DNA of 64,000 nt, taken from Oxalobacteraceae bacterium. Lineage in GTDB: Bacteria; Pseudomonadota; Gammaproteobacteria; Burkholderiales; Burkholderiaceae_D. Location: NCBI GenBank assembly GCA_021298975.1, contig JAJTGC010000005.1:3340-67339 (forward strand). Reading direction: 5' to 3'. The notes below the pieces were generated by a model. The model worked only from the letters and a program-made list of their open reading frames with translations. It had not been told where the DNA came from and made no database searches. The position numbers were made by a program, and so were the translations under genes. This document shows, piece by piece, positions 53,092 through 62,957 of the stretch. How positions within the stretch are numbered: the first letter of the stretch is position 1; each line of letters starts with the position of its first letter.

Positions 53092-54294
53092 ATGAAGCAT
53101 GCTTTCATTTGCGATGCAATACGCACGCCCATTGGCCGCTTCGGTGGCGCATTGAAAGATGTTCGGGCGGACGACCTGGGTGCCATACCCTTGCGCGCAC
53201 TACAAGAGCGCAACCCTACCGTTGATTGGAGCGTCGTCGACGAGGTGATTTTTGGTTGTGCGAATCAGGCGGGCGAAGACAACCGCAATGTGGCGCGCAT
53301 GTCATCGCTGCTGTCTGGCTTGCCTATTGATGTACCGGGAGCGACGATCAACCGGCTCTGTGGTTCCGGTATGGATGCCCTGGGTACGGCCGCTCGCGCC
53401 ATCAGGTCAGGGGATGCGCATTTGATGATCGCCGGGGGCGTTGAGTCCATGACGCGTGCCCCGTTTGTCATGGGTAAGGCCGATACGGCGTTCTCGCGCA
53501 ATGCGCACATCTTCGATACCACCATCGGTTGGCGATTCGTCAATCCGCAAATGAAGGCCTTGTATGGTGTCGATGCAATGCCGGAAACGGCAGAGAATGT
53601 CGCCACGGATTATCAGATCAGCCGCGCCGATCAGGATTTGTTTGCTGTAGCCAGCCAAAACAAGGCGGCTGCCGCGCAAGCCTCTGGTGGTCTGGCAGAT
53701 GAAATTGTGTCGGTTATCATTCCTCAGAAAAAAGCCGACCCGATTACGGTGATGCATGATGAGCATCCGCGTGTGACCAGTGTCGAGGCACTTGCCAAAC
53801 TTAAAGGCGTCGTACGTCCTGACGGTACGGTCACAGCGGGAAATGCGTCAGGCGTCAATGATGGTGCGTGCGCGTTGCTGCTGGCCGATGAAGAAAATGC
53901 CAGGCGTTTCGGGCTCACCCCAAAGGCACGCGTGGTTGGCATGGCAACCGCCGGTGTGGCGCCGCGTGTGATGGGTATAGGTCCTGTGCCTGCGGTACAA
54001 AAGCTGATGGCGCAGACCGGGATGACTCTGGATCAGATGGATGTGATCGAGCTCAATGAAGCGTTTGCCGCGCAGGGATTGGCCGTCTTGCGTCAGTTGG
54101 GCATTGCCGACAACGACCCGCGCGTCAATCCGAATGGTGGTGCGATCGCCCTTGGTCATCCGCTCGGCATGAGTGGTGCGCGGCTAGTGACGACAGCGAT
54201 GTATCAGCTTCACCGCACGGGTGGACGTTACGCGCTCTGCACCATGTGCATTGGGGTGGGGCAGGGTATCGCCGTGATGATTGAACGCGTGTGA
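53092..54294 (+). CDS. pcaF: 3-oxoadipyl-CoA thiolase
   Basis: NQAGEDNRNVARM, NRLCGSG, NEAFA, GHPLG, CIGVGQG. Confidence 0.94.
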   Translation: MKHAFICDAIRTPIGRFGGALKDVRADDLGAIPLRALQERNPTVDWSVVDEVIFGCANQAGEDNRNVARMSSLLSGLPIDVPGATINRLCGSGMDALGTAARAIRSGDAHLMIAGGVESMTRAPFVMGKADTAFSRNAHIFDTTIGWRFVNPQMKALYGVDAMPETAENVATDYQISRADQDLFAVASQNKAAAAQASGGLADEIVSVIIPQKKADPITVMHDEHPRVTSVEALAKLKGVVRPDGTVTAGNASGVNDGACALLLADEENARRFGLTPKARVVGMATAGVAPRVMGIGPVPAVQKLMAQTGMTLDQMDVIELNEAFAAQGLAVLRQLGIADNDPRVNPNGGAIALGHPLGMSGARLVTTAMYQLHRTGGRYALCTMCIGVGQGIAVMIERV

Positions 54295-54375
54295 CTGCAT
54301 GAGGCAGGCATGCCGCGGCGTGCCATGCAAACAAGGAATTCAAACTCCGTCGGGAAACGTATACAAGGAATGTCG

Positions 54376-54979
54376 ATGTCTGAATTGCTTCCCTACCGTC
54401 GAGCAGCCCCGGGTGCGCAACCCGATTACCTGTATCCGCCGTATGCATCAACCGTCAAACGCTCCCCATCACAGCCGCTGATCGTACTGCCGCAATCGCT
54501 ATCCGAATTGACGGGGCCGGTGTTTGGTCACGAGCGGGTTCAGGCGCAGGATGCAGATCTCACGCGCCAGCATGCAGCTGAGCCCCTGGGCGAGCGCATT
54601 ATCGTGGCGGGTTGCGTACGGGATGCAGATGTTTTCCGGTGCCGGTCGCACATTGACAGATGCCCAGGGTAACTACCGCTTTCTTACCATTCGCCCCGGT
54701 GCCTATCCCTGGGGTAATCATCCGAATGCCTGGCGACCCGCACATATTCATTTTTCTCTCTTCGGTCCTGCGTTTGCAACACGGCTCGTGACGCAAATGT
54801 ATTTCCCCGGTGATCCGCTGCTGGCCTTTGATCCGATTTATCAGAGCACGCCCGACGAGAAAGCACGGCAGCGCATGGTTGCAAATTTCAGATGGGACCT
54901 GACCGAGCCGCAATGTGCGCTGGGCTTTCAGTTTGATATTGTGCTGCGTGGTCAGCATGCCACGCCGATGGAGCGCTGA
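54376..54979 (+). pseudogene. pcaH: Protocatechuate 3,4-dioxygenase beta subunit, broken by a deletion and frameshift at ~54631
   Basis: N-part (ELTGPVFG, GERIIV) and C-part (PGAYPW, WRPAHIHFS, TQMYFPGDP) are in different frames; the WQANA-GRY segment is absent. Confidence 0.88.
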
Positions 54980-54980
54980 C

Positions 54981-55500
54981 ATGAGCGATCAACTCACGCC
55001 CTCACAGACCGTTGGTCCCTATCTCCACATCGGACTTGACTGGCTGAATACCCGTGATCTTGCGCCCGCCTCTGTCGAAGGAGAGCGCATCACGATTCAC
55101 GGAAAATTGCTGGATGCCGATGGTCAACCCGTACCGGATGGCATGATCGAACTCTGGCAGGCGAATGCGCACGGCAAGTATGCCCATCCCGCAGATACGC
55201 GAGACTTGCCTCTGGACGAAGGATTCAGCGGTTTTGGTCGTCAGCCAACGGATCAGCAGGGTGACTTTGTGTTCACGACGATTAAGCCCGGGGTGGTACC
55301 TGCGCTGAATGGGCAATTACAGGCACCTCATATCCTGGTCAATGTCTTTGCGCGCGGTTTATTGCGGCAGTTGGTCACGCGGCTGTATTTTTCGGGTGAC
55401 GATCATGCGTCTGACCCCGTCATGCGTGTCATACCGCAGGCAAGGCAGGAACATCGTCATCGGAGGGGGTGCCAATGAAACCGTCTTCTTTGATCTGTGA
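54981..55500 (+). pseudogene. pcaG: Protocatechuate 3,4-dioxygenase alpha subunit, with a deletion and frameshift at ~55449
   Basis: TPSQTVGPY, WQANAHG, QAPHI and TRLYF in one frame (stop at 55478); the native C-terminus NETVFFDL* is in another frame. Confidence 0.85.
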
Positions 55501-55515
55501 TCCAAGTCTGAAATC

Positions 55516-56871
55516 ATGAATATTGCATCACTGACTGACGGCTTGTTTTCCAGCGACCCCATGCAGCCTGTTTTTTCTGACAGGAATACGATACAGCGCA
55601 TGCTGGATGTCGAGGCAGCATTGGCGCGCGCGCTTGCTGTCGAAGAGGTAATCCCCCACAGTGCCGTGGCAGCGATTGTGAATGCGTGCAAGGCAGATCT
55701 GATTGACACCGATGCGCTGGCGAAAGCAGTCCGCAGTGCGGGTAACCTCGCCATTCCCCTGGTGAGACAACTGACAGCAGTGGTCGCCATTACGGATGAA
55801 GACGCTGCGCGTTATGTGCACTGGGGAGCCACCAGTCAGGATGTGATTGACAGCGGACGCGTGTTGCAATTGCGCGATGCGATTGATCTGATCACGATCG
55901 ATTTGGCCGAACTGGCCGACACGCTGGCATCGCTGGCGCATCACCACCGTGCGACCATTTTGATGGGTCGCACCTGGATGCAACATGCGCAGCCCATCAC
56001 ACTCGGTCTGAAAATTGCGGGATGGCTGGACGCCATCATGCGTCATCAAGACCGCTTGCAGGCAATGCGCACCCGCGTGTGCGTGTTGCAGTTTGGTGGT
56101 GCCACAGGCACCTTGGCCAGTCTGGGTCACAGTGGATTGGCCGTCGCGACTACGCTCGCCAAGGATTTGTCACTGACACTGCCGGCACTGCCCTGGCATA
56201 CGCACCGGGATCGGATGGGCGAGGTTGCCACGACGTTTGGGCTACTGACCGGCACGCTCGGTAAAATCGCGCGCGACATTGCGCTGCACGCGCAAACTGA
56301 AATCGCTGAACTTGCCGAACCTCTCGCGCACGGACGTGGCGGTTCATCCACCATGCCACACAAACGCAATCCGGTCGCTTGCTCCGCAGTACTCGCTTGC
56401 GCGACGCGCGTGCCGGGGCTGGTATCGACCATGCTAACGGCGATGGTGCAGGAGCAGGAGCGCGCACTCGGTGGCTGGCAGGCTGAATGGGACACCCTGC
56501 CGGAGATTGCATCACTGACCTCGGCTGCGCTGAATCATTTGCGCGAGGTGATGTCCGGTCTTTCAGTCGATGCGGCGCGCATGCGATCCAATATGGATAT
56601 CACCCGGGGATTGGCCATGGCCGAAGCGGTATCTCTGGCGCTTGCGCAAGATATGGGCCGCGCAGCAGCCCATGAGTTCGTCGAGGAGGCATGTCACCAA
56701 TCGGTGGAAAGTGGTCGCTCACTGTTCGAAGTTCTCAAGTCAGATCCGCGCATACCCGAAGGATTTTCTGCGTCACGTCTTGAAGCCCTGTTTGATCCCG
56801 CACACTATCTGGGTGAAGCATCTGCGTTTGTCGATCGGGTGCTCGCACATCACCGTCAGCGCAAGGCATGA
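55516..56871 (+). CDS. pcaB: 3-carboxy-cis,cis-muconate cycloisomerase
   Basis: VHWGATSQD, GSSTMPHKRNP, ERALGGWQAEW. Confidence 0.94.
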   Translation: MNIASLTDGLFSSDPMQPVFSDRNTIQRMLDVEAALARALAVEEVIPHSAVAAIVNACKADLIDTDALAKAVRSAGNLAIPLVRQLTAVVAITDEDAARYVHWGATSQDVIDSGRVLQLRDAIDLITIDLAELADTLASLAHHHRATILMGRTWMQHAQPITLGLKIAGWLDAIMRHQDRLQAMRTRVCVLQFGGATGTLASLGHSGLAVATTLAKDLSLTLPALPWHTHRDRMGEVATTFGLLTGTLGKIARDIALHAQTEIAELAEPLAHGRGGSSTMPHKRNPVACSAVLACATRVPGLVSTMLTAMVQEQERALGGWQAEWDTLPEIASLTSAALNHLREVMSGLSVDAARMRSNMDITRGLAMAEAVSLALAQDMGRAAAHEFVEEACHQSVESGRSLFEVLKSDPRIPEGFSASRLEALFDPAHYLGEASAFVDRVLAHHRQRKA

Positions 56872-56913
56872 CAAACATGAATACGCTCTAACAAGCTATC
56901 GCGAGGAGTCACT

Positions 56914-57720
56914 ATGCCGTTCATTCAGACAGCCAGCGGTAAACTGCATTATGTGCTCGAAGCAGCTCCGGGCAACGAAGATGCGCCCGTACTGGTCCTG
57001 TCAAATTCACTCGGTACCACACTGGACATGTGGCTGCCGCAATTGCCCGCTTTGCTTGAGCATTTCCGAGTGCTGCGTTACGACACGCGCGGTCACGGCC
57101 TGTCTGAAGTCATGCCGGGTCCTTACACGATTGCCCAGCTCGGTGGCGACGTGCTGGCACTGCTGGATGCGCTCCAGATTCAGCGTGCCCATTTTTGCGG
57201 ACTGTCGATGGGGGGAATGACGGGTATGTGGCTGGGCATTCATGCGCCTGAACGTATTGATCGGCTCGCACTATGCAACACCAGTGCGGCGATTGGTTTG
57301 CCCGAAGTGTGGAATGCGCGTATCAGCAAAGTTCGTCAGGAAGGCGTGGCCTCGATTATCGATACGGTACTCGATCGATGGTTCACGCCAGATTTTCTTG
57401 CGCATGCGCCGGCGCAGGTCGAGCGCGTCAGACGCATGCTGGCCAGTATGTCCGTCGAAGGTTATGTAGCGAATTGTGCCGCAGTGCGCGATATGGACCA
57501 GCGGACCGCGTTGTCAAAAATAGTTGCACCCACCCTGGTGATCGCTGGCCGGCATGACAAATCCACGCCCCCCGAGCATGGCGAGCTGATTGCCCGCGCC
57601 ATTCAGGGCGCACAATATGTGGCGCTGAATGCCGCGCATTTATCGAACTGGGAAGTGGCGCAAGCGTTTACGCAGAATGTGCTCGCTTTCATGTTGAGCA
57701 AGGAAAGTGCACATGGATGA
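56914..57720 (+). CDS. pcaD: 3-oxoadipate enol-lactonase
   Basis: SNSLGT, YDTRGHG, nucleophile GLSMGG, AHLSN. Confidence 0.94.
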   Translation: MPFIQTASGKLHYVLEAAPGNEDAPVLVLSNSLGTTLDMWLPQLPALLEHFRVLRYDTRGHGLSEVMPGPYTIAQLGGDVLALLDALQIQRAHFCGLSMGGMTGMWLGIHAPERIDRLALCNTSAAIGLPEVWNARISKVRQEGVASIIDTVLDRWFTPDFLAHAPAQVERVRRMLASMSVEGYVANCAAVRDMDQRTALSKIVAPTLVIAGRHDKSTPPEHGELIARAIQGAQYVALNAAHLSNWEVAQAFTQNVLAFMLSKESAHG

Positions 57721-57977
57721 AAAAGAACGCTACGAACAAGGTATGCAAAAGCGCCGCCAGGTACTCGGCGACGCGCATGTAGACCGGGCGCAGGCCAATC
57801 GTACTGACTTGACGAGTGATTTTCAGGATCTGATCACGCGCTACGCATGGGGTGAAATCTGGACCCGTCCGGGTCTGCCGGCACACACCCGCAGCCTGAT
57901 GACGATTTGCATGATGGTAGCGCTCAATCGCGAAGAAGAACTCAAGCTGCACTTGCGGGCTGCTGCGAATAACGGCG
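57713..57977 (+). pseudogene. pcaC: 4-carboxymuconolactone decarboxylase, 3'-truncated
   Basis: RRQVLGDAHVDR, FQDLITRYAWGEIWTRPGL, ELKLHLRAAANNG; similarity then ends abruptly and the frame runs antisense into the next gene to 58312. Confidence 0.85.
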
Positions 57978-58504
57978 GCATCATAAAAATCCTTCGCCTT
58001 CAGAGGGCGTTGTCTTTGTTCGACCGGCAGCACATCGGGCGCAATGAAAGGTGCCATGTCGACCTCGAACAGCGTGCCAGCGATACGGCCGTCTTCAACG
58101 CGCAGACGATAGTACAAACCATTGAAGGGGTTCACGTGCAGGTCCGTGGAACGGGTTCGCATGAACATGAGCGCGTATTCCAGCGGCAGCAAATCGTCTT
58201 TGCTGATCAGCGCTGCTTCGTTATGCACCGGGAACCAGCAAAGACGTTGCACGGGGCCGGTCAGGCAGAGAAACGGACGCATCGCCAGAAAATAATCCTG
58301 CATGGTGGATGACATGGTGATCCGGAATGCTGTTTTTCCCTGATCGGCATCAGAAAAAATGACCTGACCGATGGTTTGACGCTCACCGGCTGCATTGGAA
58401 AGAACAATGTTTCGGGTGCCGCTCCAGTCGGCTGCGAGCGCGGGCAGGCCGGCCATCAGGCTCATGATCCAAAACAGCATGACGCGCCATGGTCTCGTTT
58501 TCAC
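57975..58504 (-). pseudogene. Conserved-looking exported hypothetical protein that has lost its native C-terminus
   Basis: Signal peptide (ALA-A); DYFLAMRPFLC and NGLYY; after DFYDA the frame reads antisense through pcaC to a stop at 57689. Confidence 0.65.
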
Positions 58505-58786
58505 TCATCTCTCCTGCGGCATGGGATACGTAAAACCCAGTATACGATGCCGCGCCATCCCGGCTGCGGAAGGACTGTCAGCCGCTTCCTGTATATTCAG
58601 ACTTTGTATCAAAATGCGGCTAGTGGCGTTGGGGTTGTCCTGCCGTGCATTTGCACTGTCTGCGGCCCCCCGGCTTGCCAGCAAACGCGCCGCTTCGCGA
58701 CGCTCATTTTGATAACGCCTCCTGGGCGACTAATGGTCACAGCGGTTCGCCGCGTTATTTTGATAGAAACACTCAGCAGATCCAGC

Positions 58787-59698
58787 ATGCTCTCAGCAAT
58801 CCAATCAGAAAACACCATCGCCGTCATGGGTGCCGGCTCGGTCGGTTGTTATTTCGGCGGCATGCTCGCGCGTGCTGGCTACCCTGTCACTCTGATCGGG
58901 CGTCCGTCTCATGTCGATGCCATCCAGCAGCAGGGACTGTTGCTGGAGACGCAGAGTTTTACCGAGTACGTAAAACTCCAGGCGAGCACCGAGGTAAGTG
59001 ATATCGCTTCAGCGCGCGTGGTGCTGTTTTGTGTGAAATCAACCGATACGGTAAGTGCGGCGCAGGCCATGCTGCCGTATTTATCGCCGGATGCGATTAT
59101 TCTGTCGCTGCAAAATGGCGTGGAGAATGCAGAGACGCTGAAGCGTGTTTTGCCTCAGCGAGTGATACCTGCCGTGGTCTACGTGGCCACTGAAATGGCC
59201 GGCCCGGGCCATCTCAAACATCATGGCCGGGGTGAACTCGCAATAGGTGATTCGCCTGAGAGCGAGCAGCTCGCAGCGACATGTACTGAAGCAGGTGTGC
59301 CGGTACAGGTGTCAACGAATATTATCGGTATTCTATGGGGCAAGCTGATCGTCAATTGCGCGTACAACGCGCTGTCTGCCATTGCCCAGCAGCCTTACGG
59401 CAAGCTGGTGGAAGTCTCCGGCGTGCGCGAGTTAATGCACACCGTGGTGACCGAGTGCCTTGCTGTCGCGAAGGCAATGGGTGTGCAGGTGCCGGGTGAC
59501 AGCTATGAAATCGTCAGGCAGGTTTCAAGCAACATGGCGACACAGTATTCATCAACCGCGCAGGATGTGGCTCGTGGCAAACCGAACGAGATTGATTATC
59601 TGAATGGTTATGTGTGCAGACAGGGAGCGTTACTGGGTATACCCACGCCAGTCAATCAGACGCTTCTGACACTGGTAAAACTGATTTCAACGAAATAA
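58787..59698 (+). CDS. panE: 2-dehydropantoate 2-reductase (PanE/ApbA family)
   Basis: GAGSVG, VKS, LQNG, WGKLIVN, SSTAQD, EIDYLNG. Confidence 0.88.
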   Translation: MLSAIQSENTIAVMGAGSVGCYFGGMLARAGYPVTLIGRPSHVDAIQQQGLLLETQSFTEYVKLQASTEVSDIASARVVLFCVKSTDTVSAAQAMLPYLSPDAIILSLQNGVENAETLKRVLPQRVIPAVVYVATEMAGPGHLKHHGRGELAIGDSPESEQLAATCTEAGVPVQVSTNIIGILWGKLIVNCAYNALSAIAQQPYGKLVEVSGVRELMHTVVTECLAVAKAMGVQVPGDSYEIVRQVSSNMATQYSSTAQDVARGKPNEIDYLNGYVCRQGALLGIPTPVNQTLLTLVKLISTK

Positions 59699-59714
59699 AT
59701 AACGAGGAGACAAA

Positions 59715-59987
59715 ATGGATCAGCAAGCATTCAAGACCATGTTGGAAAGCGAAGGCTTTGAAGTCGTGGTCGTCGAGCGTGAGGCAAATATCTCGATGGA
59801 TTTGCACAGTCATCCTTTCGAGGCCAAGGCGATGATTCTCGAGGGTGAAATCCGGGTAGTCGTGGACGGCAAGGAAACGCATTGTTGCGCCGGCGATACC
59901 TTTCATCTGAATGCCAACATCATGCATACCGAAACTTACGGTCCCACGGGTGTGAAATATATCGCGGGTCGCAAAGCGGCAGCGTGA
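59715..59987 (+). CDS. Small cupin-domain protein
   Basis: HSHPFE...G...GD.F.....HTE cupin motifs; GAGGAG RBS. Confidence 0.85.
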   Translation: MDQQAFKTMLESEGFEVVVVEREANISMDLHSHPFEAKAMILEGEIRVVVDGKETHCCAGDTFHLNANIMHTETYGPTGVKYIAGRKAAA

Positions 59988-59996
59988 TTTCAATGG

Positions 59997-60030
59997 AAAA
60001 ATCCCGGGCTCGTGGCCCGGGATTTTTTTT
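59997..60030. terminator. Bidirectional intrinsic terminator
   Basis: AAAAATCCCGGGC-tcgtg-GCCCGGGATTTTTTTT between convergent genes. Confidence 0.88.
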
Positions 60031-60060
60031 CGTGCGTACTACCGGTGTTTTCTGCTGTGC

Positions 60061-60663
60061 TTAACCGACCAGATCAACCCGGCCGGTCAGATCCATGATG
60101 CCGGTGATCACGCTCAGTTTGGGATGACGCGTGTTGACTTCCTTGCGGAACATCGCGAGCGCTTCACCGTGCGATCCTGTCTCGACTTCTTTCTCGGCCA
60201 CGCCCGCTGCGCCAAAGGCCAGTTTGGCTGCGCCACAGTCACGATGGGACAATGCAACCACACGTTTGATGTGATGCAAAGCGACCGTGATTTCGAGGTT
60301 GTCCCAAAAGGTTTTATGCCAAGGGGCGAACTTCGGATGAACTGCGCCGAGTGGGCCACCCGCCATCACGAAATGGCTGTAATTGTCACCCAGCTTTTCG
60401 CGGTCCACGCCGGAGAGCAGGCCCATGTACTGCCAGCTCAACGTGGTGAAGCGAGGATCGATGCAATTGACCAGCATGGCCTCGTAGTTGCCGCCGGCCG
60501 CCATCGACCGTCCCGGTACGAAACCCATCATGCCGCCAGCCAGCACTGCGGCGCCGGTTGCCAGAAACTGGCGACGCGAGGTCGCTGATACCAGCGGGGT
60601 ACAGCATGGGCAGTCTGCCTGATGCAGCTCGCCAGGCAGCGTCTCAATGATTTGTTCAGCCAC
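60061..60663 (-). CDS. Tat-exported beta-class carbonic anhydrase-like protein
   Basis: SRRQFL twin-arginine motif plus h-region; Zn-ligand motifs CIDPR (CxDxR) and HRDC (HxxC); GTG start after AAGGAG. Confidence 0.85.
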   Translation of the reverse strand: MAEQIIETLPGELHQADCPCCTPLVSATSRRQFLATGAAVLAGGMMGFVPGRSMAAGGNYEAMLVNCIDPRFTTLSWQYMGLLSGVDREKLGDNYSHFVMAGGPLGAVHPKFAPWHKTFWDNLEITVALHHIKRVVALSHRDCGAAKLAFGAAGVAEKEVETGSHGEALAMFRKEVNTRHPKLSVITGIMDLTGRVDLVG

Positions 60664-61069
60664 TTTTTTCTCCTTTGATAACAAGACTGCCGCGCATGAC
60701 TCTTCGTCACGTACCGAAAACCCACCATGCCTGATAAAACGCTGTTAAAAATGAAATAATTCCAGCGCCACCACAGTAAAAACATAACCGACACTCGGAG
60801 AATCGAGCCGAGCATTGCAAATCTTTAGCCCGAGTACGTATATTTGTTTGTGTCAGGGGCTACAGAAAAGCATCGACGGTTCGATTATCCATGACCAGAG
60901 TTTTGGTCGGTAAAAATTAAATGTGTTGCCGACGTCATTGTTTTACGCTTTTGATAATTCTCGTGGCTGTGGCACGAGTTGGCATGCAAACCCGTGGGTT
61001 GCGGAACACTGTCGAAGTGGCCGGAACCGAGCGTTTCAGAGCTTCACTCGCTTTGTGAAGGAAAACAGG

Positions 61070-62290
61070 ATGAACTTCAATAAATTGACCGGGACCGTTG
61101 TGATCCTGATGCTGGCCAGCGCCGCGGCCCTTGCGGCAGATGCACAACATGATGACCACGCTGCGCCGGTAAAAGAGGCGGCCCCGAAAGACGGCGCGGT
61201 CAAGGACACGGCGGCGAAGGACGCGACATCGCAGTCCGCAGATGAGCCTGCCAAACCGGCCGTGATTAGAAAATCGCGCAAACCTGCGCGCGCAAAACCA
61301 CAGCACAAGGCGCCCACTCACAGCGCGCAACCCGAAGCACAGGGTGGCAAGGATGCGGCTGATGCCAATGCCAACAATGCGGCACAGGCCGCTCCGAACG
61401 CGAGCGAGGGGTCGGGCAGCAAGCGCCTGCGTGTGAAGGAACGCAGCATGCCAGTCAATGCAGCCGCGAATCCGGCTGAGGCAAATGCATCCTCTGCCCC
61501 CGAGGCAAAGGCCGGACAGGGTGCCCCGGATGCACCTGCAGCGGATGCAACGCATGCAGCGCATGGCGGGCATGATGCCGCTGCGAAGCCCGTCGATCAA
61601 TCACCCAAAGCGGCACCGGCAGCAAAGCGCAGCCCGAGCATGCCTTCAGGCGTGGCGCCCAAACAAGCGCTGGTGGTCAATGACGCCGACGACAGTAGTG
61701 AAAGTCACGCAGCGCCGGCTGCAACCGCAGCGCACCCTAATGCGGATACGCATGCCGATGGCCACAACACACCTGCAAAATCTGCCACAGCCGAGCCATC
61801 GTCAGACTATTGCAACCCGCCCCTGAAATCCGAAGTTGCGGCGCTGTTCGACCGCTGGAATGCCTCGCTGCGCACGGGTGATCCTAAAAAAGTGGCGGCC
61901 AACTATGCGCCCGGTTCCGTTCTTTTGCCGACCGTGTCGAATCGCGCGCGATTCACCACGGCGGAAAAAGAAGATTACTTTGCACACTTCCTCGTACGTC
62001 GTCCGGAGGGCACGATCGATGATCGGATGATTGACGTCGACTGCAACAGTGCGACCGATGCCGGGCTCTATACGTTCCGGTTTTCCGATGGAACGATGGT
62101 CAAGGCGCGGTACTCATTTTCGTACCGCAAAATTGGCTCTCAGTGGTTGATTACCAGCCACCATTCATCCGGCATGCCTGAAAAAACCGAGGTCGCCGCC
62201 GAGCACCACTCGACCGCTGCGCCCAACCCCAAACCTGCCGAGCGCGCCGAGCAGAACGCGCCCGCCAAAGGCTGGGTACGCTATCCCTGA
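61070..62290 (+). CDS. Secreted protein: long Ala/Pro-rich linker plus a CaMKII-association/SgcJ-EcaC (COG4875) domain, iota-class carbonic anhydrase-like
   Basis: Sec signal peptide (ALA-A); domain LFDRWNASLRTGDP..LLPTVSN..DYFAHFL..GLYTF..ARYSFSY..HHSSGMPE. Confidence 0.85.
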   Translation: MNFNKLTGTVVILMLASAAALAADAQHDDHAAPVKEAAPKDGAVKDTAAKDATSQSADEPAKPAVIRKSRKPARAKPQHKAPTHSAQPEAQGGKDAADANANNAAQAAPNASEGSGSKRLRVKERSMPVNAAANPAEANASSAPEAKAGQGAPDAPAADATHAAHGGHDAAAKPVDQSPKAAPAAKRSPSMPSGVAPKQALVVNDADDSSESHAAPAATAAHPNADTHADGHNTPAKSATAEPSSDYCNPPLKSEVAALFDRWNASLRTGDPKKVAANYAPGSVLLPTVSNRARFTTAEKEDYFAHFLVRRPEGTIDDRMIDVDCNSATDAGLYTFRFSDGTMVKARYSFSYRKIGSQWLITSHHSSGMPEKTEVAAEHHSTAAPNPKPAERAEQNAPAKGWVRYP

Positions 62291-62312
62291 ATTTGACCGT
62301 TGGCGTTTGCCT

Positions 62313-62708
62313 TTATTTTTTGAAGGCGTCGTCGACGGGTACTTGCAGGCTGTTGACCAAGGCATTGGTCTGACTGGCCATGCCGATGACGGCCAACAGT
62401 TCTGCATGCTGTGTGTCCGTCATGCCTTTGGCTCGCGCGGCCGCTGTGTGGGAATGCACGCAGTACTCGCAACCGTTGGCGGCTGACACAGCGATATAGA
62501 TCAGCTCCTTCGTCATTGCGTCCAGGGCACCCGGCTTCATCACTGCCTGCGCCTGTGACCACACGGCTTGCAGCAATTCGGGCGAGTGAGCCAGCGCCTT
62601 CCAGAAATTATTCACATCATCAACGCCGCGAACCCGCTTGATGTCATCAAAGACCGCACGGGCTTGGGGGCTGGCATCGGCGTACGACAACAGAGGAACA
62701 GTCGCCAT
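62313..62708 (-). CDS. Carboxymuconolactone decarboxylase/AhpD-like protein
   Basis: KELIYIAVSAANGCEYCVHSH (CxxC) AhpD core; AGGAG RBS. Confidence 0.88.
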   Translation of the reverse strand: MATVPLLSYADASPQARAVFDDIKRVRGVDDVNNFWKALAHSPELLQAVWSQAQAVMKPGALDAMTKELIYIAVSAANGCEYCVHSHTAAARAKGMTDTQHAELLAVIGMASQTNALVNSLQVPVDDAFKK

Positions 62709-62957
62709 GGTATTTCTCCTTGAGATCGAGGTGTGCCGAGCTTAGCATGCAGCTTTGGGTTGCCAGCGGCCCGGAGTTGGCGCAGGCGCACCCTGGCTGT
62801 CATGCATGAGAATGCATCCCGGAACGATAGTGGGTACTAGTGTTTCATGGATGGTTTGCCGGAATGGATGAAATTTATTCCCCCTTGTGCGCGATCTACT
62901 GATGCCCGATTAAAATTCGGCCTTGCTCGGTCGATTCACTTATTGAACAGGAATTAC

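Noticed and set aside
58376-58786. 137-aa N-terminal extension of panE in the ORF track
   Set aside because: Overlaps the divergent gene and has no protein-like features; the Rossmann motif begins just after ATG 58787
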